Assembly (NCBI GenBank): GCA_013239625.1
Contig: MU053482.1
Span: forward strand, 2,953,168-3,017,167
Length of the DNA: 64,000 bases
Direction: 5' to 3'
Source: Lama guanicoe
Taxonomy: Eukaryota
Shown here one piece after another: positions 1-13,800 of this stretch. The translations under genes and the position numbers were made by a program. A model generated the notes under the pieces. The model had not been told where the DNA came from. It did no database searches and was given only the letters and a program-made list of their open reading frames with translations. Every line of letters begins with the position of its first letter. Position 1 is the stretch's first letter.

Positions 1-2547
1 CAAATTGGACTGATCCTGTAGCACCTTCAAAACAAAAGAGCCCTTTGCCCTTTATAAACTCTCATTAACTGTGGTGTTCAGGCCGGTGGTGGGGTCCCAG
101 GGTACAGAACACTGCCACTGCTTTTCCTTAAAGTGGGTTCTCTAGATTTGGAAAGGCTCTTTGAGAAGCTTTAATCTTTGCTAAATGTTAAATCAAGCCA
201 TGTTTCTAGGTGACCAGAAGTCACCATGATAATGTCACATCTGCTTCTCTCTTTACAAGCATCTACAGATAGGGTCAGGAGACCAGTTCTCAAGAAAAGG
301 TTTTACAGGTAATTTTTGCTTAACATGGATTAATCTTTCTATTATAACCTATGAGTCTTCTTAGATATTATGGCAAGTTTTAATTTTTTTTGTAAATGGA
401 ATCACAGAGAAAATCCAGAATGTGGATGAGAATAAAGAATATAATTTGACAAACAAATGTGAAAAAGTCATTTGTAACACATATGCTTTCATATGAAGAT
501 GGTTAAAAAGAGTGACACATCAGGACAGATAATACAGTACCTTGATTATGGACTCTTCCCTTAGCTGAAGATTTGGGGTTTGACTGAGTAAAACATTTAT
601 CTCTGTACTCATGCACTGGTAAGTAAGATTAAAGACAGAAGGAGGAATGAAATGTATATAGCAGCAAACATCAGAACAAATTGAGTAAGAGAAGAATAGG
701 TTAATTTTTAAAATTAAGTTAACAATAGGGGAAAAGGTAAATAAAAGCAGATTTGGTTAACAAATAAAAAGCTGCACAATCATACACACAAAAAATGAAC
801 TAAGTGCCTCTTAAATGAAACTTCAGCACTTGTTTATAAATATCAGCACAATGAAATGGACAGCACAGCAGAGAGTGCCACTAAAAAATTATACCAAATG
901 GAATAAGCTTTTGAAGGTTCTCCTCTACTAAGAAACAAATTTTTATAATCAAATTGAGGAATCTGGGGAGGGAGTAAATGTTAGGAATACATTGGCCCTA
1001 GTATTTGAGGAGGCTGATTGGCAAATGCTACGTGTAGTACAACACGTTTGTTCTTTGAGTAAGGTCAAGAATCAGGAATGAAGCTCCAACAACCATTTGG
1101 AATAACTAAGGGCATGTTTTTGCAGTAGAGCATTAAGCATTGCCACACTCTTCTTTTTTCTCTTTTCATTTGGAAATTCCATTTATTTTCCATAAGCAGA
1201 TAGTTACGAGCAACAAAAATTTATGACCCTGTGACAATACCCAATGCCACTAAAAATACAGCTTGTGATGATCGACATAATGACTTCTCCTCAAATCCCT
1301 ACTTGCACCAAAATGATAGGCAGTATCAAAGATAATACTTTTGTAATTTGAGTAATATTGTTTTTTCTGACAGAAAGAAAGTGCTTCGTGACTATGGCAA
1401 ACTTCACTTGGTAGTAACAAAAATGGCGAACAGTAAGTTACAGTTATATTCTTTCCCAAGCAAAAGAACTGCTTTTAAGTCACTTGGGGAAAACGATTCT
1501 GTATTTATTTGGGATTGAAAGTGTTAACAGCCTTAATATTGAGCTATATATTTCAAAACTGCATACAATATGATATAATTGACAAAAGAAAAGAAAAATC
1601 ATCAGAAGTGATTATTCATTTCTGCCTCACTCCTTAGAAAGCAGAAAATGAAGGGCATCGATGGCCTTAGTGGCCAAAGAAAGTCAGAAAGCAAGGGAAA
1701 TCAGAGGTGCTGGCCGGTTGTATATGGAGAGCTACTGCAAGACACAGCAAAGACCTGGGACGGCATGAGAGAGGCACAAGGCCTCCTGTGTGCTAGCTGA
1801 CGGCTCTCCTTTGTGCCAAGGTTTTGAGCTTTCCTATTGGAATATGAGACACTAAATGCTTATAGTGAAGCCTGAGTGGTTGGTTCCTGATTCTGAGATA
1901 CTGTTCCCCAAACATATCACTTTCTGATGCTAATTCCTCAGCCTGGAATGACCTCTCCCGTTTCTTTACTTGACAAAGTCCTTATTCCCCAAGATCCAGG
2001 AACAATGTAAACTCCTCTGAAAAGCATTCCTGACTGACCCTAGAGTTGTAGAGAGCTCTATTTGAACTCTGATCCCACTGCATTGCGATTATTCTACCAG
2101 ATTATGTGCTCCAAAGGGCAGGGACCTAATCATATTTAGTCTTGTTTCCATGCTGAGAGCCTGATATGTGGGTACTGCAAACATTTGTTGATTATTTTCT
2201 TTTTGAAAATTGATACATGTGAGCTGTTGTGGTTCTCTACTGTATCTTCAACTCAATTTGCCCTGAAAGAATGAAAAGGATATTAAATTTAAAAAACTTA
2301 AGCATTTCTCCAAACAGAGCCTCATTAATGAAAAACTGCCAAGTGTTTATCACTGAGCAGAAAATCAGCAATGAAAAAATGGCCTATACTGATATGGGTC
2401 CAGCACAGGGCTTTGAGAAATGTAATTCCATCTGGCAGTCACGTTAACCAAAGGCATAATACAACCGCATTGGTAGTGAGGTCTACTTAGCTTCCTGAGT
2501 GATTCCTAGGTGTCAAATACTTGACCTAGGCATATAACACTGACCTG

Positions 2548-2841
2548 GAGTTATGTTTTTCCAAACTGCAGGGTCCTCCTTAGTGGTTTGTGAAATCATT
2601 TTAGTAGGTCAAATCAGTACTTTTAAAAAAGTGAAACAGATTAGAACTGAAAATACTATGTGCACTGCATGTGGTATAGATGAATACTGTTTCACAAAAC
2701 TTTTGTTTTAGTCTATATACATTTTGCACTGTGACTTAGTAGTGCTTGAATTGTGATATAAAATGGATATGTATGTATACATATAGATATAAAATGTATT
2801 TCTCACCGTGAACCATGATCAAAAACTTTGAAAGTTACTGG
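2548..2841. mobile_element. hAT-Charlie-type non-autonomous DNA transposon relic
   Basis: Termini resembling ..tttccaaact / ..tttgaaagttactg and internal aaaatgtatttctcaccgtg typical of Charlie MITEs. Confidence 0.55.
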
Positions 2842-2961
2842 TCTAAGCCTAAGGCGTATTCTATCTACCTGCTTGCCTTCGGCCAGTGAGGTGCAACCTG
2901 GCTTAAGATAGCTTAAATGCAAATGGAGGCATCCCCCTCCCATTTCAGGGAAGTATTAAGC

Positions 2962-3200
2962 AACAATAATAATGAAACTAACATTTACTGAGCTCCTATT
3001 AATAAGCCAATTACTAAGTTAAGTACTTTACACACATTATTTTGTTTATTCCTTGTAACTACTCTAAAGCTAGAATACTATTTATTATCTCCATTTCACA
3101 GACGAGAACACTGGGAATTAAGAGGTTTCCTAAATTTCTTAATATCACACATTAACTGGTGGGGCTACAGTTTGAATCTGAATGTAACTGAACCAAACTC
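2962..3200 (-). mobile_element. MIR SINE
   Basis: aataatgaaactaacatttactgagc...attatctccatttcacagacgagaacactg MIR core. Confidence 0.75.
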
Positions 3201-5330
3201 CTAGTGTCTTGTCACCTAAGCAATCACATAACACTGGATCTGTCCAGCAGGGTCTGGCTAAGGGGACTGTTTCACAGAAGTGATGTAGTTTATTCCACCC
3301 ATGGGAATGCAGTTTTGTTCAGAGCATGAATGTTTCCTAAGCACTGGTGTTGTTCCCTCTGTTCTGTTCAGACCAAACAGATTAGAGAAGGAAAAGAGAT
3401 GCTTGGGTTGGATGTGGGGACAGGGTGTTGTACTTATCACTGTGACCTTATGCCTAGCCCAGTGCATGAGGTACAAGCTGTATTCAGTGAATGCTGCACT
3501 GAAATGGACTGGACTAATCTTAGTCCCAGTTATGCTGTTATTTGCTAAGTGATACTGGTTAAATCACTTTATCTCTTAAGGCTTCTTAAAATACCCGTCC
3601 TGGAGGTTATTTCAAGGATAAAATAACATTGTAGAGGAACTGAAAGGGCTACAGAAATGTAAAGGATGAAAAATTAAAAGGCGGCCTCCATGTGGCTGCT
3701 TCTCAAATATACCCAGCTATTACAGTTTTATATTTAAAGAGGAGATTTTCTCATGGCATTTTTCTACTCAGCAAGATAATTTATCAAAGTTGCAAGTATT
3801 TGTATTTTCCCTATGGGCTCAAAAACTATTGTAATTTTAAATGAAAAGCAATGTGGTTTATTCATATCGTCACTTTTTCTTAACTGGTTCTTGCTTCAAA
3901 AAGGTTTCTTCCCCAGGCTTAGGAATGCCTTAACATAGCATGCTCCGTGCTAAGTGACCGTTCTGACAGAAAAAGGGTGAAGGTCAATCCAAACCCTGGC
4001 TCATCAGAATGGGAAAGGCACACAGTGGAAATAACATGAGAAAGAAGCCAGGAACTAAGATTCTATAACAATAAAAGATATGGAAAAACAGTGAAAACAC
4101 ACAGAAGAGAAAAAGGAGGTCGGGGGAAGGTTTCAAGATAGAAAGCTCTTCCCATATACGGTGAATGAGGAGCTAGCTGCTAGAGAAGTGGCACCTAGCT
4201 CTCTGGAAGAATGAAGAGACCCTGTACTTGACGGTGCGTAAAGGAAATGAACTAACTGAAGGGTGTGCAAGTGTCTATACATAGTCTTGCCCTGCCATGT
4301 TCATGTTAGTAGAGAACATTCTGAGATTTCCCAAACTTGCTTGCCCCAGTCCATTGCTGCTAGTCTATGTGAGGAAGAATGATGCTACTGGAAGAGACAA
4401 AAGGAAGCAGCTCTAGAGATTACAGGAGAAGTTGAAGGTGCCAGGAACAGTTGAATCTCATCTTCCAATTAATTACTGGGACCATGGAAGATTTGGAGGC
4501 TTTGGGAGTGAAGAATTAAGAGATGGAGTGAAATAACAAGATTCACATTTCTGGATCCTAGCTTGAGATACTAGAATGAAGGGGACCTGGTTAGAGCAAA
4601 AAACTATCATAAGGAAACACACTGTTTACAGTAATTTACAGGAGAAAATATTTGGAAAGGTGTCAGAAATAAAAAATTATGACCTCATTATTCATAGAAA
4701 GGGTCAGAAACAAACTAAATAGATTTTAACTGAAGATGTAAATATAGCCTTCCAGGTACCTTTGAGACGAGCAAAAAATGGACTCATGACTAAAATGTAG
4801 CCACTAGTGGAGATCCTCTTGTATAAAAAAGCCATGAGTCTGACACCAATATAAAAAAAGAGAAGATAATGTAGTTGAAACAGATTGGTGAAGATCCACG
4901 AGCTTTAGGTACTAACACAAAAGGAGAAACAGTTTTGTACCTAAAATTTATATTACAAGTCACCTGGCTAAATGGAGGAATAATGGATTGTTGATGAAGT
5001 TTACAAAGGCAAACCTCAAGAGCAGGGTAGGGGTGGGAGGGCTTCCACTAATCAGACATCTGCCAGAAGTTGCATTCTACTAAAAGTTAAAGGGAAAAAT
5101 TGCTGACAAGTCTACTAAGATAAGCTTTCAGATGGCAAATGAAGCAATAAGAACTGAAACCTTGAACCAAATTCTGAAAGGAGTTCTTGGCAACAGAAAT
5201 ACCAAAAACCTTAGGAGAAAGTCATTTTTAGTTCAAATTCACCAAAAAAAAAATGATGAGAAGAATATAGTTTGTATCTTAAACTTAAAAACAATAGAAT
5301 TTTAGAAATTCAGAAAAAGCTATATATGAC

Positions 5331-5779
5331 TGTTAACAGGTTGAACTGTGTCCTCCCCAAATTCTTAGGTTGCAGTCCTAAACCCCAGTCCCTCAGAATG
5401 TGACCTCATTTGGAAACAAGGACGTTGCAAGTGTAATTAGTTAATATGAGGTCATACTGGAGTGGGGTGGGCCCCTAATTCAGCCCAACTGGTGTCCTCA
5501 CAAAAGGGGAAATTTGGAGACAGACACACAGGGAAAACGTCAGGTAAAGATGAAGGCAGAGATTTGGCTGATGCTTCTATAAGCTAAGGGAGGCCAGAGA
5601 TTGCCAACAAACCACCAGAAGCTGGGGAAAGGCATGGAACAGATTATTCCTCATAGCCCTCAGAAGGAACCAGCCCTGACAACCTCTTGATTGTGGACTT
5701 CTAGCCTCTGTGCAACAACAGTTCTTTAAGCCACGCAGCTTGTGACACTTTGTTACAGTAGCCCTAGCAAACTAATACA
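5331..5779 (+). mobile_element. MaLR solo LTR (MLT1C-like)
   Basis: TG...CA ends, tgttaacaggttgaactgtgtcc start, gccctagcaaactaataca end, near-perfect 5-bp TSD atgac/gtgac. Confidence 0.85.
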
Positions 5780-6421
5780 GTGACCTTCAGGCCTAATTAG
5801 GAAGTTGACCGAAGAAGGTTGAGAGCTCTTAGGAATTTCTCCAGTTACAGCAATTTCTGATGAGATAGGAAAAAAAAGTATTGAAAGGATCAATAGAACT
5901 GCCAGGAGACGTGCACAGTAATCTTGATTTTCAAAAGAGAAAAAAGTGAATTTTGTAAAATAGAGTCGTTATGTTGATTCTGAACCATTCTCTCTTATTC
6001 CTCAAACTAGCATTTCAGAGAACAGGAGTGAAAATAACAGGCACTGGAGGCACGGCCTTTGAGTCTGGGATCACACCTCCCTAGCTTTTCAGGCCTCTGT
6101 GTGCAGTCTTTCTACCCTGCAAACCTGAAGCACCACGGAGTGCTGCCAAAGCTGAGCCACCATTTAGACATTTAGCTCCCGTCCCCTCCCAGTGCTTCTA
6201 AACAAATCAGTATGTAAGATTTCAGCAATTGTATACCTCTTGTTCCATGAGACTAAACTCATCTGTCACCAAGCTAGTAATAAATTTGATCATTCATTTA
6301 GAAAAGATAATTAAAAACAAGTTTAACCATAATTAGTTGATTTAAAGTATCACTATCTAGAAAAAAGATTTTTGCTTTTAAGGTTGTATCAGTGCTCAGT
6401 TATAAAATCAATCTTACTAAC

Positions 6422-6517
6422 CTCCTCGAGCAAAGCTATTGGATGGGTTTACATCCAAATGTCCTGGCACTACCTGCTTAAGCACAGTGGACATTCTTGA
6501 AGTCCTCCTTTCAGTCC
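6422..6517 (-). CDS. SBF2: SBF2 alternative cassette exon, 96 nt, phase 1-1
   Basis: Acceptor ctttAG|GG, donor GAG|GTTAGT; (G)TERRTSRMSTVLKQVVPGHLDVNPSNSFARG matches my recollection of the 32-aa insert in longer SBF2 isoforms. Confidence 0.85.
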
Positions 6518-6892
6518 CTAAAGTCAGCCGAAAAGAAGAACAAAAACCATGTTGTTCGGGTTAACATTACTCAAATGACAAAAAGTTATCTTCACGTGTA
6601 GCATGTCTAATTGCTGCCAAACACTGTACTTTCTAAGTACCCAAAGCTTTGATAGAGATAACAAGGCACTGTTACTGTTTCCTCAGAGATACACACATTT
6701 GCAAGATTACAGACAGTTAGGTTTGGCAAGTGCAATCAGAGAATTTAATGATAAATGAAGCAAGGCATGCATGGTGTTACTTTACAAGAAAAGCCACTTT
6801 CTGCTTATGTTGAGCTAATTCAAATAGCTGATTAAGCCAAGGAGACCAGCTTCTCAAGTCACATGCTCCTGTGTCTAACACATTAGGGTTAC

Positions 6893-6973
6893 CTCTACAT
6901 GAACCCTTTGGGGTTCCATCACATGATAACTGAAACAGAATATTAGTACAAGTCTTAATGGCTTCATCCAAAT
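6893..6973 (-). CDS. SBF2: Candidate 81-nt cassette exon (or start of an alternative last exon running to stop 6777), phase 1-1
   Basis: Acceptor tttgttttcactAG|AT, donor GAG|GTAACC; in frame with the upstream exon: (D)LDEAIKTCTNILFQLSCDGTPKGSCR; lies inside the 88-aa ORF 6777-7043. Confidence 0.3.
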
Positions 6974-7395
6974 CTAGTGAAAACAAACTGTACTGCAAAT
7001 CATAAAAGGCTGCAGAAATTTCAGGAATTTCAAACTTATACATGATGATTTTAATAAATAAACATTTAATAAACAGGTATTCAACTTACACATTCAACTC
7101 TAATATTTAAAAATCTATGTAAAATAGATTCCAGGAAAAAAAAAAGGTGACTTTATGTTTCCCATCACTTCTCCTATTACTCTTTGAAAAAGGACATAGT
7201 TGAATCTCTGAATCTGGTTACACAGAAATTAATAGTGGTACTCTGATTTCTAAGTAAAAGGAGCTAAAGTTATAGCCCCACAGGTAAAACACTTAGGAGT
7301 CATGCTGAAAGAACAATACAAATAACTCAAGAGACTAACCCTAAGAATGAATATGACCTTCCATCGCTGTCAAGAAAAGTATTATCAAATCTTAC

Positions 7396-7536
7396 CTGGA
7401 GACAGAGCAAGTGCTGGCCTGACAGTGAGGGTGTTGTTGCTGCTGAGTTTCTGATGGACAGAAACTGCACTGAGTAAGGCCTGCAAGTACTTCTCTTGCT
7501 CTATGCTACTGGAAGATTCTAAGGAGGAGGTAGGAG
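7396..7536 (-). CDS. SBF2: SBF2 coding exon (~exon 28), 141 nt, phase 1-1
   Basis: (A)[46 protein letters not shown]; acceptor tatAG|CT, donor G|GTAAGA. Confidence 0.97.
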
Positions 7537-8320
7537 CTATAAAAGGAAAAGACATTAAATAGGACAAATTGTCTCTGTGTTAATAAAACAGGTTCTCTCT
7601 ATATATTTATGCTTATTTTTTCTATACACAGTCTTAAAGTTACCACCCCCAAGTACAGAAATCAGCCTCACTTAGAGCTCCAAACTATTAAATCGCTAAT
7701 CCTCCTATGATGTTGGTTTCACCACACCTGCTTCTTGATTGCCTCATCATCCTTCCAGAAAAAGCCCACATCTGGAAAACCAGCACAGGGCTATCCTTCC
7801 AAGCACGGGTGTAGTTTCTCATTATCCAACCAACCCAAAGCAAAGATTCATAAAAGACAACATCTCCTTGCTGACCTTCCCCAACCATCCTGTCCACACT
7901 ACTGTTTGGGAGCAGAGGACAGAGCAAGTTCCCTTAGCATCCCAGAATGGGCAGAAGCGAGAATTTCCCAACACTAGTAACTTTTTCCCAGTTCTGTGAC
8001 ATAGGCCCAACAGGGGACGTGATCTTGTAGGAGGCTGTTGTGGGAAGAATGGAGGAAGGTGATAAGACAGGAACATCTACTGCCAAATTCTCCGGTCCTT
8101 TCATAAGAGGATCAAAAAGTATGTACAGATGGAAACAACCGAGAGAGCAATTCTGGGTTGGAGGGATTCTCAGCCTAGCTTGTGTGGAGTAAAACAGAAA
8201 CACTGAAATTGGCCCAACCACTTTAAAGCGACATCAGGAGGGACTCACTGGAAGAACAATAGATATTAACAAATATTCTTACAACTTGAATAGGAAATAT
8301 ATAATTAGCATTATTATATT

Positions 8321-8537
8321 ACTATATTTTATCAACTTTAAGATGCCATCATATTTTATAAATTCTAAGTTGTCACCAATTATAAGATGCAGCATTATTC
8401 TATGTACGAAGAATAAAAAACTCTGCCATTTAAAACATGACACAATTCTTTCTGATAACGTGAATTGTAAGTTGCATCCCAATTTAAAAGATTAAAATGT
8501 GAGCAACTGTGTGAGCTCAAAAATATGAAATGTAGTA
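8321..8537 (-). mobile_element. MER104-like Tc2/mariner MITE
   Basis: Repeated taagatgcc/taagatgcagc/taagttgcatccc motifs and degenerate terminal inverted repeats with TA flanks. Confidence 0.6.
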
Positions 8538-8763
8538 AATTTATATTAGAGTAAAAAATCAGAAATCAGTAGAATAAAACAGTTTAAATTTTTTCCAACT
8601 AAAAGCTCAGTGATATCACTCCTGAAATGATTCACTTTATGTAACCTACATATGCTGTGTTCTATTATATCCATTAGGTAACTTGGGAGGATTCCTCAGG
8701 GCAGAAGCAGTTAAAAGCCAACTGCTTTCAGTTATACCAATGTTGAGACACCAAGCCAGGTGG

Positions 8764-8775
8764 AATAATAATAAT

Positions 8776-8813
<38 letters not shown>
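8764..8813. repeat. Compound microsatellite (AAT)4..(CAG)9(CAA)3
   Basis: Read directly from sequence. Confidence 0.95.
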
Positions 8814-9661
8814 CATAGCGTTGTGTGTGTAGTGCCCTCAGTCAACTGAGTGATCAAAGACATTCAGGAGGGAATGGATGAGAATAAAGAGATATCAAAA
8901 AACACGTGTTTCACCTACTGAACCACAGAACTTGAGTTAGCTCACTACCAAAGAGGAAGCAATGCAGCCATTCCTAAACTGGATCTGATATCTTAGTGGT
9001 CCTTGTTTAATTTTATTGAGTATCTACTTTAAGCTAGAAGTTATGAGAAAAGCTAGCAAAATATAGCTCCTGACTGACTTCAAGACCTCAGACATGGTGC
9101 TCAAAAATATCCCCAGAAAAAGGGGAAGCAGCACTTAGTATTTTTTTCTCAAGTTGGCCAGCCTCTAGCTTCCTAAAAACCTCTCTGCTGGAGAGCTCCC
9201 AAAGCAGCATTTTCGTCATTAGTTTGCTGATGTGTGTGTGTGTATGTGTGTGACTTGTAGGAATGAGACAGGATATCATATCACATGGGGCAGAATCCCT
9301 ACTTGCTTCTGAAGCTGATAAATATGTATGGATGCTTCCCAAAAGAAAAGAGAAAGGTTAGTGTAATAGTTTCTATTTTTCTTTTTTAGGATATTCTGGT
9401 TTGCTGAAATGAAAAGAGACTAGAACCAAAGACTATTATGTTAATTTCTATTAAAATCCAAATACAGACAGACATGTTAAATCAGACGTCAAATTCACAG
9501 TGGAGCCCCACATTGTCAAGTCCAGTTCTTGTTTAAGTCGTATTTGTTGCATACAGCGCAGTGGAAAAGTCTACGTGGGAGAGGCCTGATGAAAGGGCAC
9601 AGCTGGCACTCCCAAATTTTACTTCCTTTATTTTCTGGAAGACTCCAAAGTGAAAGGATTA

Positions 9662-9886
<225 letters not shown>

Positions 9887-10859
9887 TCAGGGATGAGGAA
9901 GAGAGAAAGAGAATGATTGGCGGTGGGGGTGGGGAGGGTGGAGAGGAGAAGAAGAAAACAGGGAGAGAGAGAATATAAGATATGAATATCATAATATAGT
10001 AATTTTCTAAGATTCAGAAACGTATTGATTGCCTGAGAGTGAAAGAATTAAAAATCAAAACCAAATGATTTCTGGTATGAAAACAAACGTTCAAATAACA
10101 AGTGAGTCACAATATTGTGTAATCATCACAACTATCCATTTCCAGAACTTTTATCTTGCTATATGCCAGTGTTGAGAGTAGGGAGAGAAAATCTAGTGTA
10201 TGGTCAATAAATCATAACCATCAATGACTTTAGTGAATGCCAATTTAAATTTCCATATTTAACCACAGATACCTTGGAAGAATTCTGAAAGCCTAGCACT
10301 TTGGAGCTTCACAAAATTATAGGCTGTATTTTTCTAATACCACAAACTGGTAAAGAGACTTAGCTGTAGACGTAATTGTTCATGAAGACGTGAAAAGCAG
10401 TTCTATCATTAGGGCCCTCTATTTCAAACTCTAATATCTATTTTTTGCCTCACTTGCTTCTAGATACTACAATAATTTTGTGTATTAGATAAGGGAGTAA
10501 TGCTTAATGGCTTCAGGTACTGTTTCAGTAACTGGGAAAGAACCAGTTTCCTTTCCCCTATCCCCTCCTTTCATGAGGCATGAGCACCACAGACCACACT
10601 CTGTTACACACAGGACCTAAGACTCTCCTGTCCCAGGCATGGGGTTGAGTCTTACTTAGCTGGACAGTCACTGGTGCTGGGGAACATAGTATAGAGCCTG
10701 AAGACCAGCAGAGGCTACTCTCAGCACCAGTCTCATTTGTCAATGAAAGATACATCCATTTACACTGTCACTCACTCTATCCCACCACCCAGAGCCATCA
10801 GGCATGCGCTCCAGAGTAAGCCTCATGAAGTTGACTGGGCTTCAGGAGCTGCTCTGAAA

Positions 10860-13800
10860 ACTTTTTAATCAAAGAAAAACACACATACAAATGCTTGAAA
10901 TATAAATGAATTAACACCAAAATAAATCCATATCACTACCACCTAGGTCAAGAAAAGGTCCATTACCAGCATCTAAGAAATCCCTGTCTCCTCCCAATCA
11001 CTGTTTTTCCCTCCTCCTCCTCATCAAAATTTATCACTATCCTTGACTGCTAACAGCATGGATTAACTTTAGCCTGTTTTTTGAATTTTACAAAAAAGGA
11101 ACCAATAGAATTTATTCTTTTGTGTTTGGCTTCTTTGTCTCAACAGTATGTTCATGAGATCTATCCATGCTATTGCATTTAACTGTAGTTTGTTCATTTT
11201 CATTACTGCATGGTATCCCTCCATGTGATCACACTACTTACTTACTTATTCTTCTATTGTTGATTCTGAGTAGTTTCTAGTTTTTGACTATGTAAGAAAA
11301 TTTTGCCATAAATATTCTTATAGATGTCTTTTGGGAGTACATATGCATCATATACATTCCTAGATGGAAAAGAATTTCCAATAGATAGATAACCAATTGT
11401 GCATGTGTTCAATAGATGTCTAGAAGTTTAGTAGATGCTGCCAGACAGCTTTCCAAAGTTGTTTAACCAATTTACAGTCACACCAGCAATAAAGAGTTTC
11501 ACTTGCTCAACACTCTTACTAGTATTTTCTATTGTTGGTCTTTTAAATTTTAACCATTTTTGCAGGTATAAAGTAGTCTCACTGGAACTTTAATTTGTAT
11601 TTATCTGAAGCTAACAGGTTGAGCATTGTTGGAGGATGGAGAGGACAAAAAGTGCCCACCAACCTGAGAAGGCATCTTGAGGCAGAAAAATGAGGCAGGC
11701 AGCTCCATATAATTAATGGATTAGTTTATTACAGGGTAACTTATTCACAGGCTGGGATCTAGATCATGTCATCAACGATAAGGAGACACGCGTAGCTGCA
11801 CTCCAGGCTGCTGAGGGGCCACTGGTACAATTTTAATACTTAACCTAGGATAAGAGGGTAGGTGCCTGGAAACAGGATGTGCATTCCTAAGGTAAGATTT
11901 ATGAACAGGTAACTAGTCTCATGGGCACTGTAAATACGTCAGGGAAGGTTTCCATCATTGTTTGGAGACTAACAGAGCATAGAGGCTACCTGGTCCTAAT
12001 GATTATTAAACAGTATCTACGAACTACAAAGCTCTTGATGACAGAGAAGTGATTCACTGCACAGTACAGTCCTGGGTGCGGTCAGGAGGAGGACAGGAGA
12101 AACTGTACGGGCCCAAGACGGCATCAGTTATACTAAGAGCCATACAAACATCATTTCAGATATTTGTTGTCCACAAGGATATTCTCTTTTGTGAAGTGCC
12201 TGTTTAAGTGTCTTGCCATTTTTAAATTGCCTTTTTACTCTCTTAATGATGTCTTTTGATATACAGAAGTTCTCAATTTACTAATCTTTTACTTTACGGA
12301 TAGTGTTTTTCCTAGTCTTAAGTCTTTCTCTCCTTCAAGGTCATGAAGATATTCTCCTATCTTCTAGAAGCTTTATTGTTTTAAACTTTTACATGTAGAT
12401 CTACAGACCAACAGAAATTGATTTTTGTCTATGTAGTGTAAGGGAGGGGTCAAAATTAATTTTTTCTTCAGTGGATATCCAGTACCATTTGTTGAAAAAA
12501 CATCTTTTATCTACTGCTCTTAAATGCTATTTTTATCTTAAACCAACTGTTCTTATATGTTGAGATGTTTCTACATTCCCTACGTTGCTCCAATGGTCTG
12601 TTTATCTCTGTGTGAACCCTACACTGCCTTACTCACTGTAGCTGTATTAAAAGTCTTGATATCCTGTAGTGTTACTCCTACTATCCTGACTAGTTTTGGC
12701 CTTTTGTATTTTAATATAACTCTTAGAATCATCTTTTCAATTTCTATAAACTTTGCTGGGATTTTGATTGGGACTGAACTAACTCTATAGATCAATGTCT
12801 GGAGAAATCACAGTTTTAGAGTATTGAGTATTCTAGTCCAAAAACATTAAGTCTCTGTTTATTTATACCTTCAGTGATCCTTAATATTGTTTCGACTGTT
12901 CTATGTAGAGGTTTTACACACCTTGTAATTTGTTTTATTACTAAATATTTAACGTTTTTTAGTGTTACTCTAAATAGTATCAGTAGTACCAAAATAACAT
13001 CATTGAAAATTTCATCTTTAATTATTTCTTTTTGGTATATTAATGACTAGTTTTTGTATACTATCCTTGTACCCATGACTGTGCTAAATTAAATTCACTT
13101 ATTAATTTAAAAAATTTATCTGTAGATTCCTTCATATTTCTATGTGTACAGTAAGATCATCTGTGAATAACAGTTTTATTTCTTTCTTTTTCATCTTTAT
13201 ATTTTCTATTACTTATTTTTCAAGTCTTTTTGCACTTTCTAAGACTTCCAGTGCAACACTGAATAGAAGTGGTGATAGTGGACATTCTTATCTTATTTTG
13301 ATTGCAGAATAAAAGTTTTCAACAGTTTACCATTAAATGATTTTTGCTGTAGGCTTTTTAAAAAATATATTTACTACATTAAGGAACTTCTCTATATTTC
13401 TAATTTGCTTAGAGTTCTTTTACAAAAAATCATAAATACATATTACATTTTATAAAATGCTTTTCTGTATATAATGAACTTATAACACTTAATTCTTCTA
13501 ATGTGGTAAATTATGCTGACTGATTTTCAATTGTCAAGCCAGTTCTATATTCTCATAATAAACTATACTTGGTCATAATAAATTGTGTGTGAAATTAACC
13601 TTTTGTCATTATGAACTATCTTTCTTTATTGCTAGTAAAATTTTACTTTAAAATCGACTTTAATATTTATATAGTGACAATAGCTTTTTTAAGAGGTAGT
13701 TTTGCATGGAGTATTTGTTCTGTTTTACTTTCAACCTTTTTGTAATCTTGTACATTAGATATACATCTTAAAAACAGCATAGAGCTTTAAACATTTTTGA

